Origin: Lama glama
Lineage: Eukaryota
NCBI GenBank assembly: GCA_028534125.1
Contig: CM052817.1
Location: 73,472,001-73,536,000 of the forward strand
Direction: 5' to 3'
Length of the DNA: 64,000 bases
Shown: positions 41,757 to 54,215 of the stretch, piece after piece
Numbering within the stretch: the first letter of the stretch is position 1
How the letters are laid out: every line of letters starts with the position of its first letter
The notes under the pieces: model-generated
What the model was told of the DNA's origin: nothing
The model's input: the letters and a program-made list of their open reading frames with translations, nothing else
The model's database searches: none
Program-made: the position numbers and the translations under genes

Positions 41757-42820
41757 TGTGTCTCCCCTTTACTACTCACCCAGAACACTTCACCTGATAC
41801 TTCTGGACACCAAATTTGTGACCTCCTCCCACCCCTCGCCCCAAGCAGGGTGTTCTACAATTTTTTTTAAAGTTTTTTTCTTTTTTCTTTTTTCCCCGGG
41901 GAGAGGGTTAATTTGGTTTATTTATTTATTCATTTATTTATATTTATTTACTTTTAACAGAGGTACTGGGAATTGAACCCAGGACCTCACACATGGTAAG
42001 CATGCACTATACCACTGAGCTATACCCCCCTACCCCCCAAGTGTCCTACAATTTAACTCAGTTTTGACAATATTTATCTGGAGATAATGTCAGATCCCAC
42101 ACACTAAGGGCTCAAGACTGCCTCCACCCTTCTGATGTCAATGGCAAGCCCAGGTTGTTACTGGTGTTTCTGACCGGCAAACTGTCAGTTGGAGGTTCCC
42201 ATGACTCCCTCTTCTGCATTCTATTATTTTGCTAGGGGGGCCCATACAACTTGGAAAACAGTTTACTTACTGTTTCCTGGTTTGTTACAAAAGAATATGA
42301 TAAAGAATACAGATGAACGTCCAGATGGAAGAGATGCATAGGGCAAGATATGTGGGAAGGGGAGATGAGTTTCTACCCTCTCTCCTAGCGCGCTACTCTT
42401 TCAGCATCTCCATGTGTTCACCCACCCCGAGGCTCTCCAAACCCCCTACTTCTGGGATTTTTTTGGCAATTTCATCAAGTAGTATGATTCATCATTAACT
42501 CCATTTCCAGTCCCTCTCCTTTCCCTGGAGAATGGGGAATGAGGCTGAAAATAACAAGTTTCTAATCAAGGCTTTATCTTTCTGGTGACCAGCCCCCATC
42601 CAGGATCCCACTAAGAATCACCTCATTAGAACAAAAGGCACTGAGATCACACAGGAAACTCCAGCTCTATGTCAGGAACCGGGCTCAAAGATCAAATATT
42701 GAAACAGAAGATACTCCTAGTACTCTTATTATTTACATGAGTTTTAGGAGCTCTGTGCCAGGAACCAGTTGCAGAAACAGATATATATATATATTTTTTT
42801 TTTCCTATTATCTCACAACA
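41757..42820 (-). mobile_element. MER21-like LTR interrupted by a SINE
   Basis: GTCAGATCCCAC...AAGACTGCC...GGAGGTTCCCATGAC and TTTTAGGAGCTCTGTGCCAGGAACC match the recalled MER21 consensus (reverse complement). Confidence 0.8.
41864..42040 (-). mobile_element. tRNA-Ala-derived SINE inserted into the MER21-like LTR
   Basis: Reverse complement of TATAGCTCAGTGGTATAG...GGTTCAATTCCCAGTACCTC; TSD GTGT(T/C)CTACAATTT at 41850-41863 / 42041-42054. Confidence 0.9.
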
Positions 42821-43155
42821 CTAAAGTGCACATTGAATAATGTAGTTTTGCTTAGGGTTAGTTGAGATAGTTGCAAAGATGACTCAGCCTGTGTCACAGA
42901 GTCAGAAATGGGGTGGGTCACTTATTTTGCGCAAAGATTCCACAAAGAATTTACTTAGAGTATCAAAAAGAAGATCTTGACGTTTGATGCTGACTCAATA
43001 CACTAATCAATTCAGACAGTTCAATATCAATGTTGCATTTTAATCAGGTATAGCCAAACCCTGGAAAAAAAGCTATAATTAAAAATAACTGTATTCATTG
43101 TCACTGACACCAACCTAGCAAAACTCAAAATGTGGTAACAAAGGGAACAGAGTGG

Positions 43156-43456
43156 TTTTTTTTTTTTTGGATATATGTATTTTTATTGAAATCAGTTTAC
43201 AATGTTGTGTCAGTTTCTGGTGTACAGCATAATGCTTCAGACTTACATGAACATACATATATTCGTTTTCATATTCTTTTTCACCATAGGTTACTACAAG
43301 ATATTGAATATAGTTCCCTGTGCTATACAGTATGAACTTGCTGTTTATCTACTTTATGTATATTATTTAGTATCTGCAAATCTCAAACTCGCAATTTATC
43401 CCTTCCCACCCCCTTCCCCTCCTGGTAACTGGAAGTTTGTTTTCTATGTCTGTGAG
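43156..43456 (-). mobile_element. Young L1 3' UTR fragment
   Basis: Poly(T) plus the same 3' UTR; approximate TSD GGGAA(A)CAGAGT. Confidence 0.9.
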
Positions 43457-44022
43457 GGAAACAGAGTTCTTATTTTGGGCTGTCTCCTCTTTTTCTAGTA
43501 TAAGTTGTTTTTAACATTCCTTTAAAAAAGGAAAAAACAGTCTCATGTAATGCTACAATTATTTTTCTAACTACAAAGAAAATAATATCTTAAATGTATT
43601 ATTAGAAAGACGTAGATTTAAATGTCACAAGCTATGTACTTCCAAAATGGAGGTGCAGTTTCATTTATCAGTTTAAGCTAGTGGACATGTTATTCTGTTT
43701 TTAACAGTTTCATATTTTGGCATTTAATAGCAGTAGATTCAAAGCCATCTAACTTAACATGTAGCACTAAACTACACATCAGTGAAATTTTATTTATTTA
43801 TATTCCAACACTTTAAATAATTGCTGTAGAAGATAGCAAAGAGTTTTTTTTAAATGTCTTTAATATTGTTGCTTCTTTGCCTTTCCAAATAAAATGCTAA
43901 AACAATTGCTCTAGTTGGAAATGTGTGTTGTGGGTCCTTAAACCACTAACTAAAATGTTAAACTCTGTAGTATGAAATTACTTTTGGAATGAGGCTGATT
44001 ATTAAGCGGATTGTTGATATAT

Positions 44023-44709
44023 ATATATATATATAAAATATATATAAATTTTTTTGACTGAACAGATCTTGCCTCAGGTTTATTTGTACGAACAGCACAG
44101 GTAGACATGAGCCCCATGCAGGCAGCAGCCCAGGGGTCACACTAGTCCTTCTATCCTCACATCAGTAGATGAAAGCCTCTACTCTGGAGACTTTGTAGGG
44201 GCCTGGGTGCCATTGGGAGCCTGAGCTGGAGCCAGAGCCAGAGCCGGAACTGCAGCTGAAGCTGTGGCCTTGGTCTGAGTCTTGTCCTTGGCCTTTGGCC
44301 AACAAAGCCTGAGACCCTTGGTGATGCGGGCAGGAGCACGTTCCCCGAGCTTGGAGTGAGCACTGTAGGCAAGTCGACTGAGCCTGAGGCTGCTGCCCTC
44401 TGAGATCTTGGGCTTGACCTCCTTGGGCTTTAAGAGAGCCCTGACAGCCTCAGCATGTGCACTCGTGGCCTTGGCGTTGTTGGCCTGCATCTTCTTCAGG
44501 CCCTTCTTGTACTTCTTGGCAAAGCACATGTTCCTCAGAAACTTGGGGTCCACCCCCTTACGAGATTCGTATAGTTGTGATCAGGGTTTTTTTGATGCTG
44601 TTTCTGTGCCATTTTCAGGACTGGTTGTGTGTGGTGTGATTCTTCTACATGGCCATGTCTGCACTGGAGCCGGGAGATCCTGAATCGCCTGGGACCGGAA
44701 GAGAAAGAG
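44023..44709 (-). pseudogene. RPL29: Processed pseudogene of 60S ribosomal protein L29
   Basis: Minus strand reads 5'TOP-like CTCTTTCTCTTCCGG, then ATG at 44656, then MAM*KNHTTHNQS*KWHRNSIKK, a +1 frameshift in an A7 run, and [38 protein letters not shown]...TKSPE* (stop at 44179). It is intronless, with AATAAA at 44079-44084 (-), a poly(A) remnant, and TSD TGTTG(A/C)TATAT at 44012-44022 / 44710-44720. Confidence 0.96.
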
Positions 44710-45299
44710 TGTTGCTATATTGTTTTAAATGAGCATTGGGCCAATAAAACCCAACAATACCAAGCTCAAGTAACACATGAAGTTGGGGGAAAATAACAGG
44801 AACAAGATATTTTTGAGAAGAAAACAAGACCATCTTTTGCAAATATGAATTAGATATTAAGTAAAAAAAAAAAGTTCATGACTGCTCTAAAATTAGAATG
44901 TTTATTTTAAACACTCCAAAGGGCCAAGTGCTGTAATTTGAACAAAATAGAACCAAAATATTAATATTAAGTAATCTCTTGAGTGCAACTGTAAAAAAAA
45001 AGAATTGGTCACTTTTGTTATGTTGTTAAGATATTTTAGATATTGGAATAGAGAGGGATGAAGAATTTGGAAAGGAATATAATGAAACGCCCAAATTCTT
45101 GGAATTTGGTTCAAACCAAAAGGAAATGATCTCTGAAATTCAGGACGGATTTAAAAATAATGATTCTTCCAGTTGTGAAACACTTTAGTCACACCTCTCT
45201 TTTAGCGACACCAAAGATAATTCAATAAATCCTGGTGTGAAAAACAAAAGCATGGTAAGTTAAAATGATTTTTCATATTTAATTATTTATTTAAAAAAA

Positions 45300-46220
45300 C
45301 CTTTTTCCCATTTTATTGAGAAATAAATACATCACTGTGTAAATTTAAGTCATACAGTATAATGGTTTGATTTACACATATTGTGAAATGATTACCACAA
45401 TAGGTTCAACTAAAATCCAAATTCTCATATAGATATAATAAAAGGAAAATAAAGAAGAAAAAAGGAATAAAATTCTCCTTGTATGATAAGAGCTCTTATA
45501 ATTCGCTTTTTCAGTAATTTTCCTATATGACATTCAGCAGTATTAGCTATAGTCATCATGTTGTATATTATATCCCTAGTACTTGTTTATTTTGTAACTG
45601 GAAGTTTGTATCTTTTGACCACCTTCCTCCAATTCCTCCTCCTCACACCCTCCACGTCCGGTATCCAGAAATCTAATCTCTTTTTCTATGTGTTTTTTTT
45701 TAATAATTCCACATATGAAAGAGATCATACAGTATTTGACTTTCTCAGTCAATTTATTTCACTTAGCATAGTGCCTTCAAGGTCCATCTGTCTTGTCACA
45801 AATCCTCATTTTTTATGGTTGAATAATATTTCATTGTATATATTTATACCGCAACTGCTTTATTCATTCATCCATTGATGGACACTGAGGTTGTTTCCAT
45901 GTCTTGGCTATTGTAAGTAATGCTGCAGTGAACAAAAGTGTGCAGATACCTTTTAGAGTTAGTGTTTTTGTTTCCTTTGGTTATATTCACGGAAGTGGGG
46001 CAGAAGTGGGATTGCAGAATCATAGATAGTTCTATTTTTAATTTGTGGAGTATCCTCCTTTCTGTTTTCCATAGTGGCTGCATCAATTTACATTCCCACC
46101 AACAATGTACAACCATTCCCTTTTCTCTGCATCCACACCAGCATTTGTTGTCTCTTATCTTTTTGATGATAACCATTCTAACAGGCATGAAGTAATATCT
46201 CATTATGCTTTTAATTTGTC
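45300..46220 (-). mobile_element. Older L1 3' portion (ORF2 end plus 3' UTR)
   Basis: Minus ORF MRYYFMPVRMVIIKKIRDNKCWCGCREKGMVVHCWWECKLMQPLWKT matches the L1 ORF2 C-terminal region. Confidence 0.92.
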
Positions 46221-46399
46221 TAAAAATCATTTTGAAATTAGAAGTATATACTGACATTTTAAAACTAAGGGCTTTTTAGATTTCTTGAAACATCTCCAGA
46301 ATATTCAAGTGGTTTGTCCATGGGTAACACTTCATCTTAGACAGCTAGTGCATAATATGAATATTATTTGGTGAGAAAACAGCTTTTTAAAAGCTGATT

Positions 46400-46760
46400 T
46401 ACAATTATTATAATGACTCCAAATGGAAAATTATCTAAGTATTTAATAATAAGGAAATTGTTAAATAAATTATGGTTTATCCATGAAATGGAATATTTTG
46501 TAGCCATTCTAAAAGTAGTTTTTAAAAGAAATTTTAATGATGTGAAAAATACTATTTATTAATTTAAAAATTCAGGGTGAAAAAATGCATGCAGTATGCT
46601 CTCAAGTATATTACCCATATGCATAGAAACATACAAAAGAAATACATATATGTCAATAGTAGTTTTATTAGATACTTCTCATTTTTCTTCAATTTTTTTT
46701 GTTAATTTCATTTTTTTTACAGTGACCTTTATTACCTTTTATACTTAGAAACTATATATT
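46400..46760 (+). mobile_element. Ancient L1ME-like 3' end
   Basis: TTAAATAAATTATGGTTTATCCATGAAATGGAATATTTTGTAGCCATT motif. Confidence 0.6.
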
Positions 46761-47599
46761 TTTTTAAGCTTACTGAGTCCAAATATTATTGCAAACTACA
46801 GTGGTCAAAAATAATTATTATCAATAGCATATGTTAAAAGTTAGTTTTTTTTTTTCCTGAAACATGTTGGGGAAAAAGCAACAATGAATGCAGAAATACC
46901 TTTGTTATTCTGAAACTGGGACCGGCTGCTTCAGTTCACCTCTCAAGATTAGCAGTCACTGTCTTGGAAGAGTAACATTCATGTTTTCCATCTGCCATGG
47001 AAAGTTGTATGACATTTTTAGAATTGTGTATATTTTTATCATATTAATACAGGAGATACACCTGCCTAATATAGATCCCACTGCCTATACGAATTATGTC
47101 CTGAAAGAAAAATGTCACATGATTGTAAGAAAATAATAGCTTAAATCTGGCAAATCCCCACCAAGAGGAACCTCACATAGTCCTCCTAATACCCAATGAT
47201 AGTGATAGTAAGTACCTCAAAGGAATTTTTAATTAATAAAATCCAATGGTGCAAGTATACTATAAACATTTTGAGGCTACTTGAAGTGGTGTAAACTCAG
47301 AAGAACTTTGAGAGGTTATTCAGAAGAGTTAGCTGGTACAGACTGTAATAATTTAAGTTATAGAGCATGAAATAAGTTTCTTTCCTGGACTTCACTGGTA
47401 ATCAATCCATTCTTCCACAGTTAAATGAAACTATGGGCAGGTAAAGGAGAAAGTTTGTAGTGATCTTGAAAAGAAAATATAGTGATACTTTGGTTTTAAT
47501 AGAATAGTTGCAAGTAAAGTCAGGCATTAGTTTGTGTTCTGGACTCCACAGCAATTTGAGAAAATAACTTCTTTGAACCATTTCAGTCAACCAACAGCA

Positions 47600-47780
47600 T
47601 GTCTTTCCTGTGGCTACACATCAGAATCATTTAAAAAGTTCAGAAAATTGGATTCTGTGCCTGGAGAACCTGATTCAGTAGATTTCAGTAGGGTCAGGAT
47701 GACTATTTAAACAAAATAAAACAAAACAGAAAACCCATCTAGTCATTTTGATGTGTAGCTCAAATCAAGATTGACTGGGC
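47600..47780. mobile_element. Decayed MER5-like element
   Basis: CACATCAGAATCA...CTGATTCAGTAGAT motifs. Confidence 0.5.
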
Positions 47781-48202
47781 TGTATGTGCAAGTCATGCAG
47801 GATACGAAGAAATACAACGTTAGGCTGGTCCTCCCATTGTTTACTCTCTGAAAGAGCTCAGAGTCTACTCTTTAAAATAGATAAAATATTTATTTTTCTA
47901 ATAGAAATATCTTTTCTCCTACATGCTGATAGTTTTTATGTCTATTGTCTAAGGTTTTACCAGGCCAGGAATACAAGGGCAAAGAACAGGCTGATTGATT
48001 GATTTAACTACATCAGAATAAATTGTCAAAAGATCCGAAACCAGCAGAAGAGATTAATGGGTGTCTGTTCAGTGGCGTTCTGGGCATTGTCTAGCAGACC
48101 TTCCAGGAATTATGTGATTTTGTAAGAGTTTGCTTATTTAATTCTCTTTCAAGTCCATTTTACAACTTTGTAGAGGTAAAAGTTAATTTGTAGAAAGCTG
48201 TT

Positions 48203-48310
48203 GGGGGTTGGGTATAGCTCAGTGGTAGAGCATGTGCTTAGTATGCGAGAGGCCCTGGATTCAATCCCCTGTACCTCCATAAAAAAATAAAGTTAAATAT
48301 TAAAAAAAGA
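48203..48310 (+). mobile_element. tRNA-Ala-derived SINE, short form (head plus A tail)
   Basis: GGGTATAGCTCAGTGGTAGAGCATGTGCTTAGTATGCGAGAGG...TACCTCCA; degenerate TSD AGAAA(G/A)CTG. Confidence 0.88.
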
Positions 48311-49716
48311 AAACTGATAGGAATGCAAATGATTTTTTCCATAGAAATGCTAATAAATTTTGTCCAGTATGAAAACAATTAATTTGTCTTATAGAAAAGG
48401 TAATCCCAAACAAAGTATTTCATTGCCAAATAGGATATTAACTAGTTTTGTCTTTATTAGCAAATGATTTGAGCATATGGCTTGTTTAATGGTCCATGAA
48501 TAAATCTGTTCTTCAGATTCTCCTTTGAACACTTTTTAACATCTTACTGATCTTGTCATTAATTAGCAACAGCAAATCTTTGACATGTTTCATCTAATAT
48601 TTGAATGGTAGGTGTGATTTTACCTTTTGGAAAATTGTGCTTTCTCAGCCATAAATCCCTGCATGATTTCATTTGCCATTGGAGAGGATTTCCCACCAGG
48701 GACATTTGTATACCTGCTGCTCTTCCAGGTGGAAACTGTTTTCTCACTTATCACCACTTGCCACTTGGGCTGGAGAAGCTCTATATCCTCCTTGCCCATC
48801 ACTCTTTCTTTTATAAATTGAGATGATTCCTTCCCTGATATCACACAGAGAAAATTCATAAAATCATCTACCCTGGCTTTTTCTGAAAAATTTATTCTGG
48901 CAGACTTATTGACAAAAATTAACTATCCTGCAGGGTTTGATTACATCATAATCATTGTTACATCTTGTACTAAGCTATGGTCATAAACCCCATTGCATTC
49001 ACTGGAGAGACATTTCTTGCTACTATAGCAACAGGCAAAATATGTCAAGTTATATGTATATTGTACTTATTTCTTTGACCTGTTGTGTGGAGATGTGGCT
49101 TTGCTCTTGAAACAATTCAAAGATATTCTCTCTTGCTTTCCGGACCAATAAATTTTCTCATACAAGATGATCAGAGCCAATATAAGGCTGTCTCTAGGTA
49201 CTCTTCATATTTAATTAAGAAAGTCCCTGCTAGAGCCATTAGCCTATAGAGTTTATAAGCATTTTCTGATTTTCTAATTGTCTTGTACGTTCATTTTGAT
49301 TTAAAAAGTCAAAAAATAAAATTAATATGTACACTTTGGGAAATATCAGAAAAAACATTGCCATAGAATCATCTGTGACAGCATATTTAATAAGTTTTAA
49401 AACAATAATTATAATTGCATTTTTAAGTAGCATAAATATACAGGAAAGAATAATACATTGGAGTTCAGAATAAAACAGTTGCTGTTTTTTTTTTGAACCA
49501 GCTTTTGCAGTAATTGTAACTGACAGGAGGAAGTGCCTTTCATTTTCCTAAGCTGATGCAATTAGGAAATGTTTTAAATAGGAAAATACTATGTCCTCAT
49601 GTCATTAGCACTTATGGTAGAAAACACAAATGACACTATGAGATATTTCCATAGTCAATCATAAAAATATACATTTTTCTTAAAACATCTAAGGTAGGAG
49701 TTTTTTGAATAGTAAC

Positions 49717-50045
49717 TGTTATGGGCTGAATTGTGTCCTCTCCAACTCAAGTGTTGATGTCCTAAACTCCAGTACTTCAGAATGTGACTATATTTGGAGA
49801 CAAATCTTTAAAGAGATAATGAAATTAAAATGAAGTCATAAAATGAAGGGTAGGCCCTAGTCCAATATGACTGTTGTCTTTGTAAGAAGAGTTTAGGATA
49901 CAGACACACCCAGAGGGAAAATCATTTGAAAATCCAGGGAGAAGACAACTGTCTAAAAGCCAAGGAGAGAGACTTCAGAAAAAAACAACTCTGACTTCAC
50001 TTGATCTTGGAGTAATTGTTGAGAAAATAAATTTCTGTTGTTTAG
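49717..50045 (+). mobile_element. MaLR LTR (MLT1A/B-like)
   Basis: TGTTATGGGCTGAATTGTGTCC...CAGAATGTGACTATATTTGGAGA...AAATAAATTTCTGTTGTTT. Confidence 0.85.
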
Positions 50046-51378
50046 TACACTTAGGCTTAAGTTTTTTTTTTTTCTCCATTGAGTTCAATGTTAAATAAGG
50101 AACCATATATATTAGAGAGTCTGTAAGTAGATTAATTCGTACTTACTAGTCAATATTTATTTGACTTTTTTTGGTCAAAGTCAACTTCTGTTTTTAGGAA
50201 GTCCCTGATTTATACTATTATATATCTCTTCCTTTAAAAATGATTGACATACTATTTATTCCTTAGACATGTATCTATTTTAACAAGGGTTTGCCGTCAT
50301 AAAAACAAAGTGCTTTTAGGATTATGAAAAAAAAAAATGAAGAAATGAACTGAGCAAGAAGCTCCCGAACTAGAAGGCTTGCTGTGACAAATACTCACCT
50401 TCCTTTTTGGATTCATTTGTAATTGTGTTCATATGCAGCCATTGCATTAATCTTTCTTTTTTTTTGTTTCTGTCTTGACCGGCATAGGCACTCGCCAGCT
50501 GGCCAAGCTCATTTCCCCCTAGAGATCTTCTGTTTCTTCACCTCAGATGACTGTCTCTAGGTGAACTCAGAGATAAATGAGTCTGAACTACAAGGAGCGA
50601 TTGTTCTTGCGTCCCGAGGTGGGAGCGCACCCTGACAGTCTGCACTGCTTAGCCTCGATTCTCCCTCTCTGATGACCGCAGACCTAGTAATATCCCTCTG
50701 TGGGGTGAGCACTGGTGGGGTGGCCTGTTCTCTCTTGCTCCCAGAAAGTAGTACTCTATACAGACTTTGGAAGGACTCTCCCAAACCCTGTTTATAGTGA
50801 GTTCTAAGTTGCCCGGTGAGGAAACTGTGATAGAGTCTCTGACTTGTGAAGTGTTGTCTCTTTGAGTGAGTGTTTTGCCACTGGCAGAATGATGCACTTT
50901 TTGTTTCCAGGCCCATAGAATGGAGTTGATGAATAAGATGGTGCCGAAAGGGTAGAGGAATAGAATATTTGGATGTGGAAGTTCTTGTCAGAATGGGAGC
51001 TCACATTTTACAGGCACTTTCCTGATTATTGAAAAGGTTTAATTGTTGTTTCAGTGTGCTACCTGTGAATACCAGGCAGAGGAGTTAGGTGTGAAGGGCA
51101 GAGATAGAAGGCTGGATTGGACTGTGTGGGTAGGGAAAAAGTGATGTAAGACTAAGGCTCAAAGTGATAAAGGACAATGGACAGGAAAAGCAAGTGAGGT
51201 CTCTAGACTTTTACAAATGTAAAATGTCTAAGGAGGGAAACTAAATTAAGCAAGGACTGAGAATAACTGCCAGGGTTTGGTCAGAGTACACTGGGATAGG
51301 ACATAGAGGCATCAAGGTATCAGGGGTGTAGGTGAGCAGAAAGTTTGCTGTTGTGTAACAGTACTTTAGTCCTTACCT

Positions 51379-51887
51379 TGTTGCAGAAAAATGTGTTACA
51401 GCTCAGTTGTGACAGCAACCTGGATCTGGGCGAGAGACCAAGCAGCACTTGGAGGGTTGGAGTACTCAGGTTTATTATGCCAGTGGACCCAGAGAAGTTA
51501 ACACTCCAAGCTCTGGACCCTGCCTGTAGGTTTACATAGCTTTTATAGGCTGCCAGTCTACACTTTGCAACATCATATGCAAATAAGTTGTAACAAAGTT
51601 GACTAATTAGTAATGAACTTTGTAGAAATGGACCAATCAGGAGTGATAGAAATGGACAAACCAGGAGTGAGCTCCATGCAAATGAGGCACTACAAATGGA
51701 CCAATCAGGAGTTAGCTCAGGGAACCAATAGAATCTTAGGGGTAAGTTCCACTTTCCTAGAAGTAAGCCATTTCAGAGGCAAAAAGTGAGATAATGCCAC
51801 TGGGCCAGGGAACCAGATGGTGCTGGCAGGAGAGTAGTGGCCCTGCCTGGGAGTCCTGCCGTCTTTTTCATAGGGCTTCCCACCTCA
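51379..51887 (-). mobile_element. ERV1-type solo LTR with TATA, CCAAT and octamer motifs
   Basis: TG...CA termini, TSD ACCT at 51375-51378 / 51888-51891; TATAAAA (-) at 51541-51547; AATAAA (-) at about 51471. Confidence 0.88.
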
Positions 51888-52744
51888 ACCTCTCAGTGAT
51901 AAGGACTTTTAAACTCATTGTGGACTCTGCCTGTGACTAGGGAGAAAACCTGGTGCAGATGATAGGGGAACTTCTCTAGGAAAGTGGTTGAGCAGGACAG
52001 AGTGTTGGAGACCAGAGTCTCAGTGCTTGGAAATAGAGAGACTGGCATCCTGCAAAACTGATCTTCCCCTCAATCTCATTTTATTATAAACTTAAGCATA
52101 AAAAATGAGAATTCAAGAAGCCATATATTTTTTGTAAGTTAATCTTGATTGCATACTCTTATTTTATGTACAGTTCCAGGATTTCTACCTTAACAAGTCC
52201 CATAGAGGCTCCTCCCTCACTTAAAGTAACTGCAGGTTGGTCTTGCTGCCTTGATTAGAGAATCACGTGATAATTCCATCGAACAGCATCTCATGCTGAT
52301 TTATATCTTAGTACAAATGCACAGTTTTTACAGGCAATATTTTCACTCATATTTCGGAGCTGTCATGAAATCAAACAATGAGAGCTTACTGTGACTCTGA
52401 AAAATTGGAAATTGCTGCTTAGTATAGGTGTTGATGATTCAGATTAATCCATATTTTAAAAGACAACAGAATATCATAATGTTCCTACTGCTAAGAACCA
52501 GCTACTTATCAATGAGTGTAAATTGGTTGTTTAATAAGTGCAAGGGTCAGCCTCTAGCCTGGTGAGTGATAAATATAAAATATTTGGCCAAAGTGTTGAA
52601 CAATCTTAAACAAGTTAGCCTCATTCTCATGTCTGCAGCTTAATCCAAAATTTAAGTTGTTTGTAATCAGATTTAGTAGAATATTTTAAGGCCAATGAAA
52701 AAGAAAAGTTGAAAATATTTCACAGATTATTGCATATAAAAATT

Positions 52745-52863
52745 CACTCTTGTACCACAGTGTTCATAACAGCACTGTTTACAATAGCTAAGCCATGGAA
52801 ACAACCTAAATGTCCAGCAACAGATTACTGGATAAAGAAGATGTGGTATGTATACACACAAAC

Positions 52864-52905
<42 letters not shown>

Positions 52906-53375
52906 GAATATTACTTAACTATAAAAAAGAATGAAATAATGCCATTTGCAGCAACATGGATAGACCTAGAGATGACCATATTAAGTGAAGTAATTCAGAC
53001 AGGAAAGACAAATATCATATGATATCACTTAAATGTGGAATCTAAAACAAATGATACAAATTCAATTTACAAACTAAAACCAGACTCACATACATTCAGA
53101 ACAAACTATGGTTACCAAAGGGGAAAGGGTGGGGGAGGGATAAATTAGGAGTTTGGGATTAACAGGTACACATTACTATCTATATATAAAATAGATAAAC
53201 AAGAATCTACTGTATAGCACAGGGAACTATATTAAATTGCTTGTAATGAGCTGTAATTGAAAAGAATCTAAAAATAAAAATATACATGTATGCGTATGTA
53301 TAACTGAATTGCTTTGCTGTACACCTGAAACTAACACTGCAAATCAACTGCACTGCAATAAAATTTTTTTTAAAA
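52745..53375 (+). mobile_element. L1 3' portion in sense orientation with internal (CA)n
   Basis: CTTVFITALFTIAKPWKQPKCPATDYWIKKMWY; EIMPFAATWIDLE; G-rich 3' UTR at 53120-53139; AATAAA at about 53357. Confidence 0.93.
52866..52902 (+). repeat. (AC)n microsatellite
   Basis: Directly visible inside the L1. Confidence 0.97.
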
Positions 53376-53398
53376 GTCACTATTCAAAAGTCTCTTTC

Positions 53399-53530
53399 GG
53401 GAAGGAGGGTATAGCTCAAGCGGTAGAGTGCATGCTTAGCGTGCCCGAGGTCCTGGGTTCGATCCCCAGTGCCTCCACTGAAGAACCGAATAAATAAGCC
53501 TAGTTACCTCCCCACTGCAAAAAAAAAAAA
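53399..53530 (+). mobile_element. tRNA-Ala-derived SINE, CpG-rich copy with intact A and B boxes
   Basis: TAGCTCAAGCGG and GGTTCGATCC, pure poly(A); TSD AAAAG(T/C)CTCTTTC at 53386-53398 / 53531-53543. Confidence 0.92.
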
Positions 53531-53879
53531 AAAAGCCTCTTTCAATTAGTTTTCAAAGTAGTTTCATTCTAGATAAGATTAAAGTTTCTCTAACGTAAAG
53601 CTAAAGGAAAATGATGTTTAAGTAATAAAACGTTAATGAAAGTTTGATAATATAACTTTCCCTCATTTAATCAAAGGAGTTAACTTCATGACCTCTGATA
53701 TTCTCTTATGTCTTCCTATATTGAGGAAAATGTAAAAATCAGTTAATTGATTTTTCAACAATTTCCCCGTCATCTTTGCTTCTGTAAAACATACCTTTTT
53801 CCATTTTGTTCGTAATCCCCATAGTAGAAATAAAAATAGATCAAGAGTTAAGGAATATGACTCATTAATAAATTAATTG

Positions 53880-54215
53880 CAAAGAAATCCAGCTGTTGGG
53901 AAACAAGTGGAGAAATTTGAATATGAAGAATTAGGTGATATTAATAAATTATTGTTAATTTTGTTAGATGTGATACCAGTTCATGGTTATGTAAGCAAAG
54001 GTCCTTATGTTTTAGAGATGCACACTGAAAGGTTTAGTGATGAAATGCCACGATGCCTCTGCCTGAAATTTGCTTTAAAATAGTTTACCAAAGAATAAAA
54101 AATATTTAGATCAAGCAATGTTAATAAATGTTAAATCTAGGGAAAGAGAATATAGATGTTCACTTTATAAATCTCTCTTTGCTTTTTGTATGTCTGAAAT
54201 TTTTCACAGTGAAAA
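53880..54215 (+). mobile_element. Ancient L1ME-like 3' end
   Basis: TTAGGTGATATTAATAAATTATTGTTAATTTT...TTTTAGAGATGCACACTGAA...TGAAATTTTTCACAGTGAAAA. Confidence 0.6.

Noticed and set aside
53120..53139. G-quadruplex motif
   Set aside because: Ordinary G-rich tract of the L1 3' UTR.
53405..53477. Functional tRNA-Ala(AGC) gene
   Set aside because: Acceptor and anticodon stems are mismatched, and it has a SINE body, poly(A) and TSD. The other five tRNA-like heads are SINEs as well.
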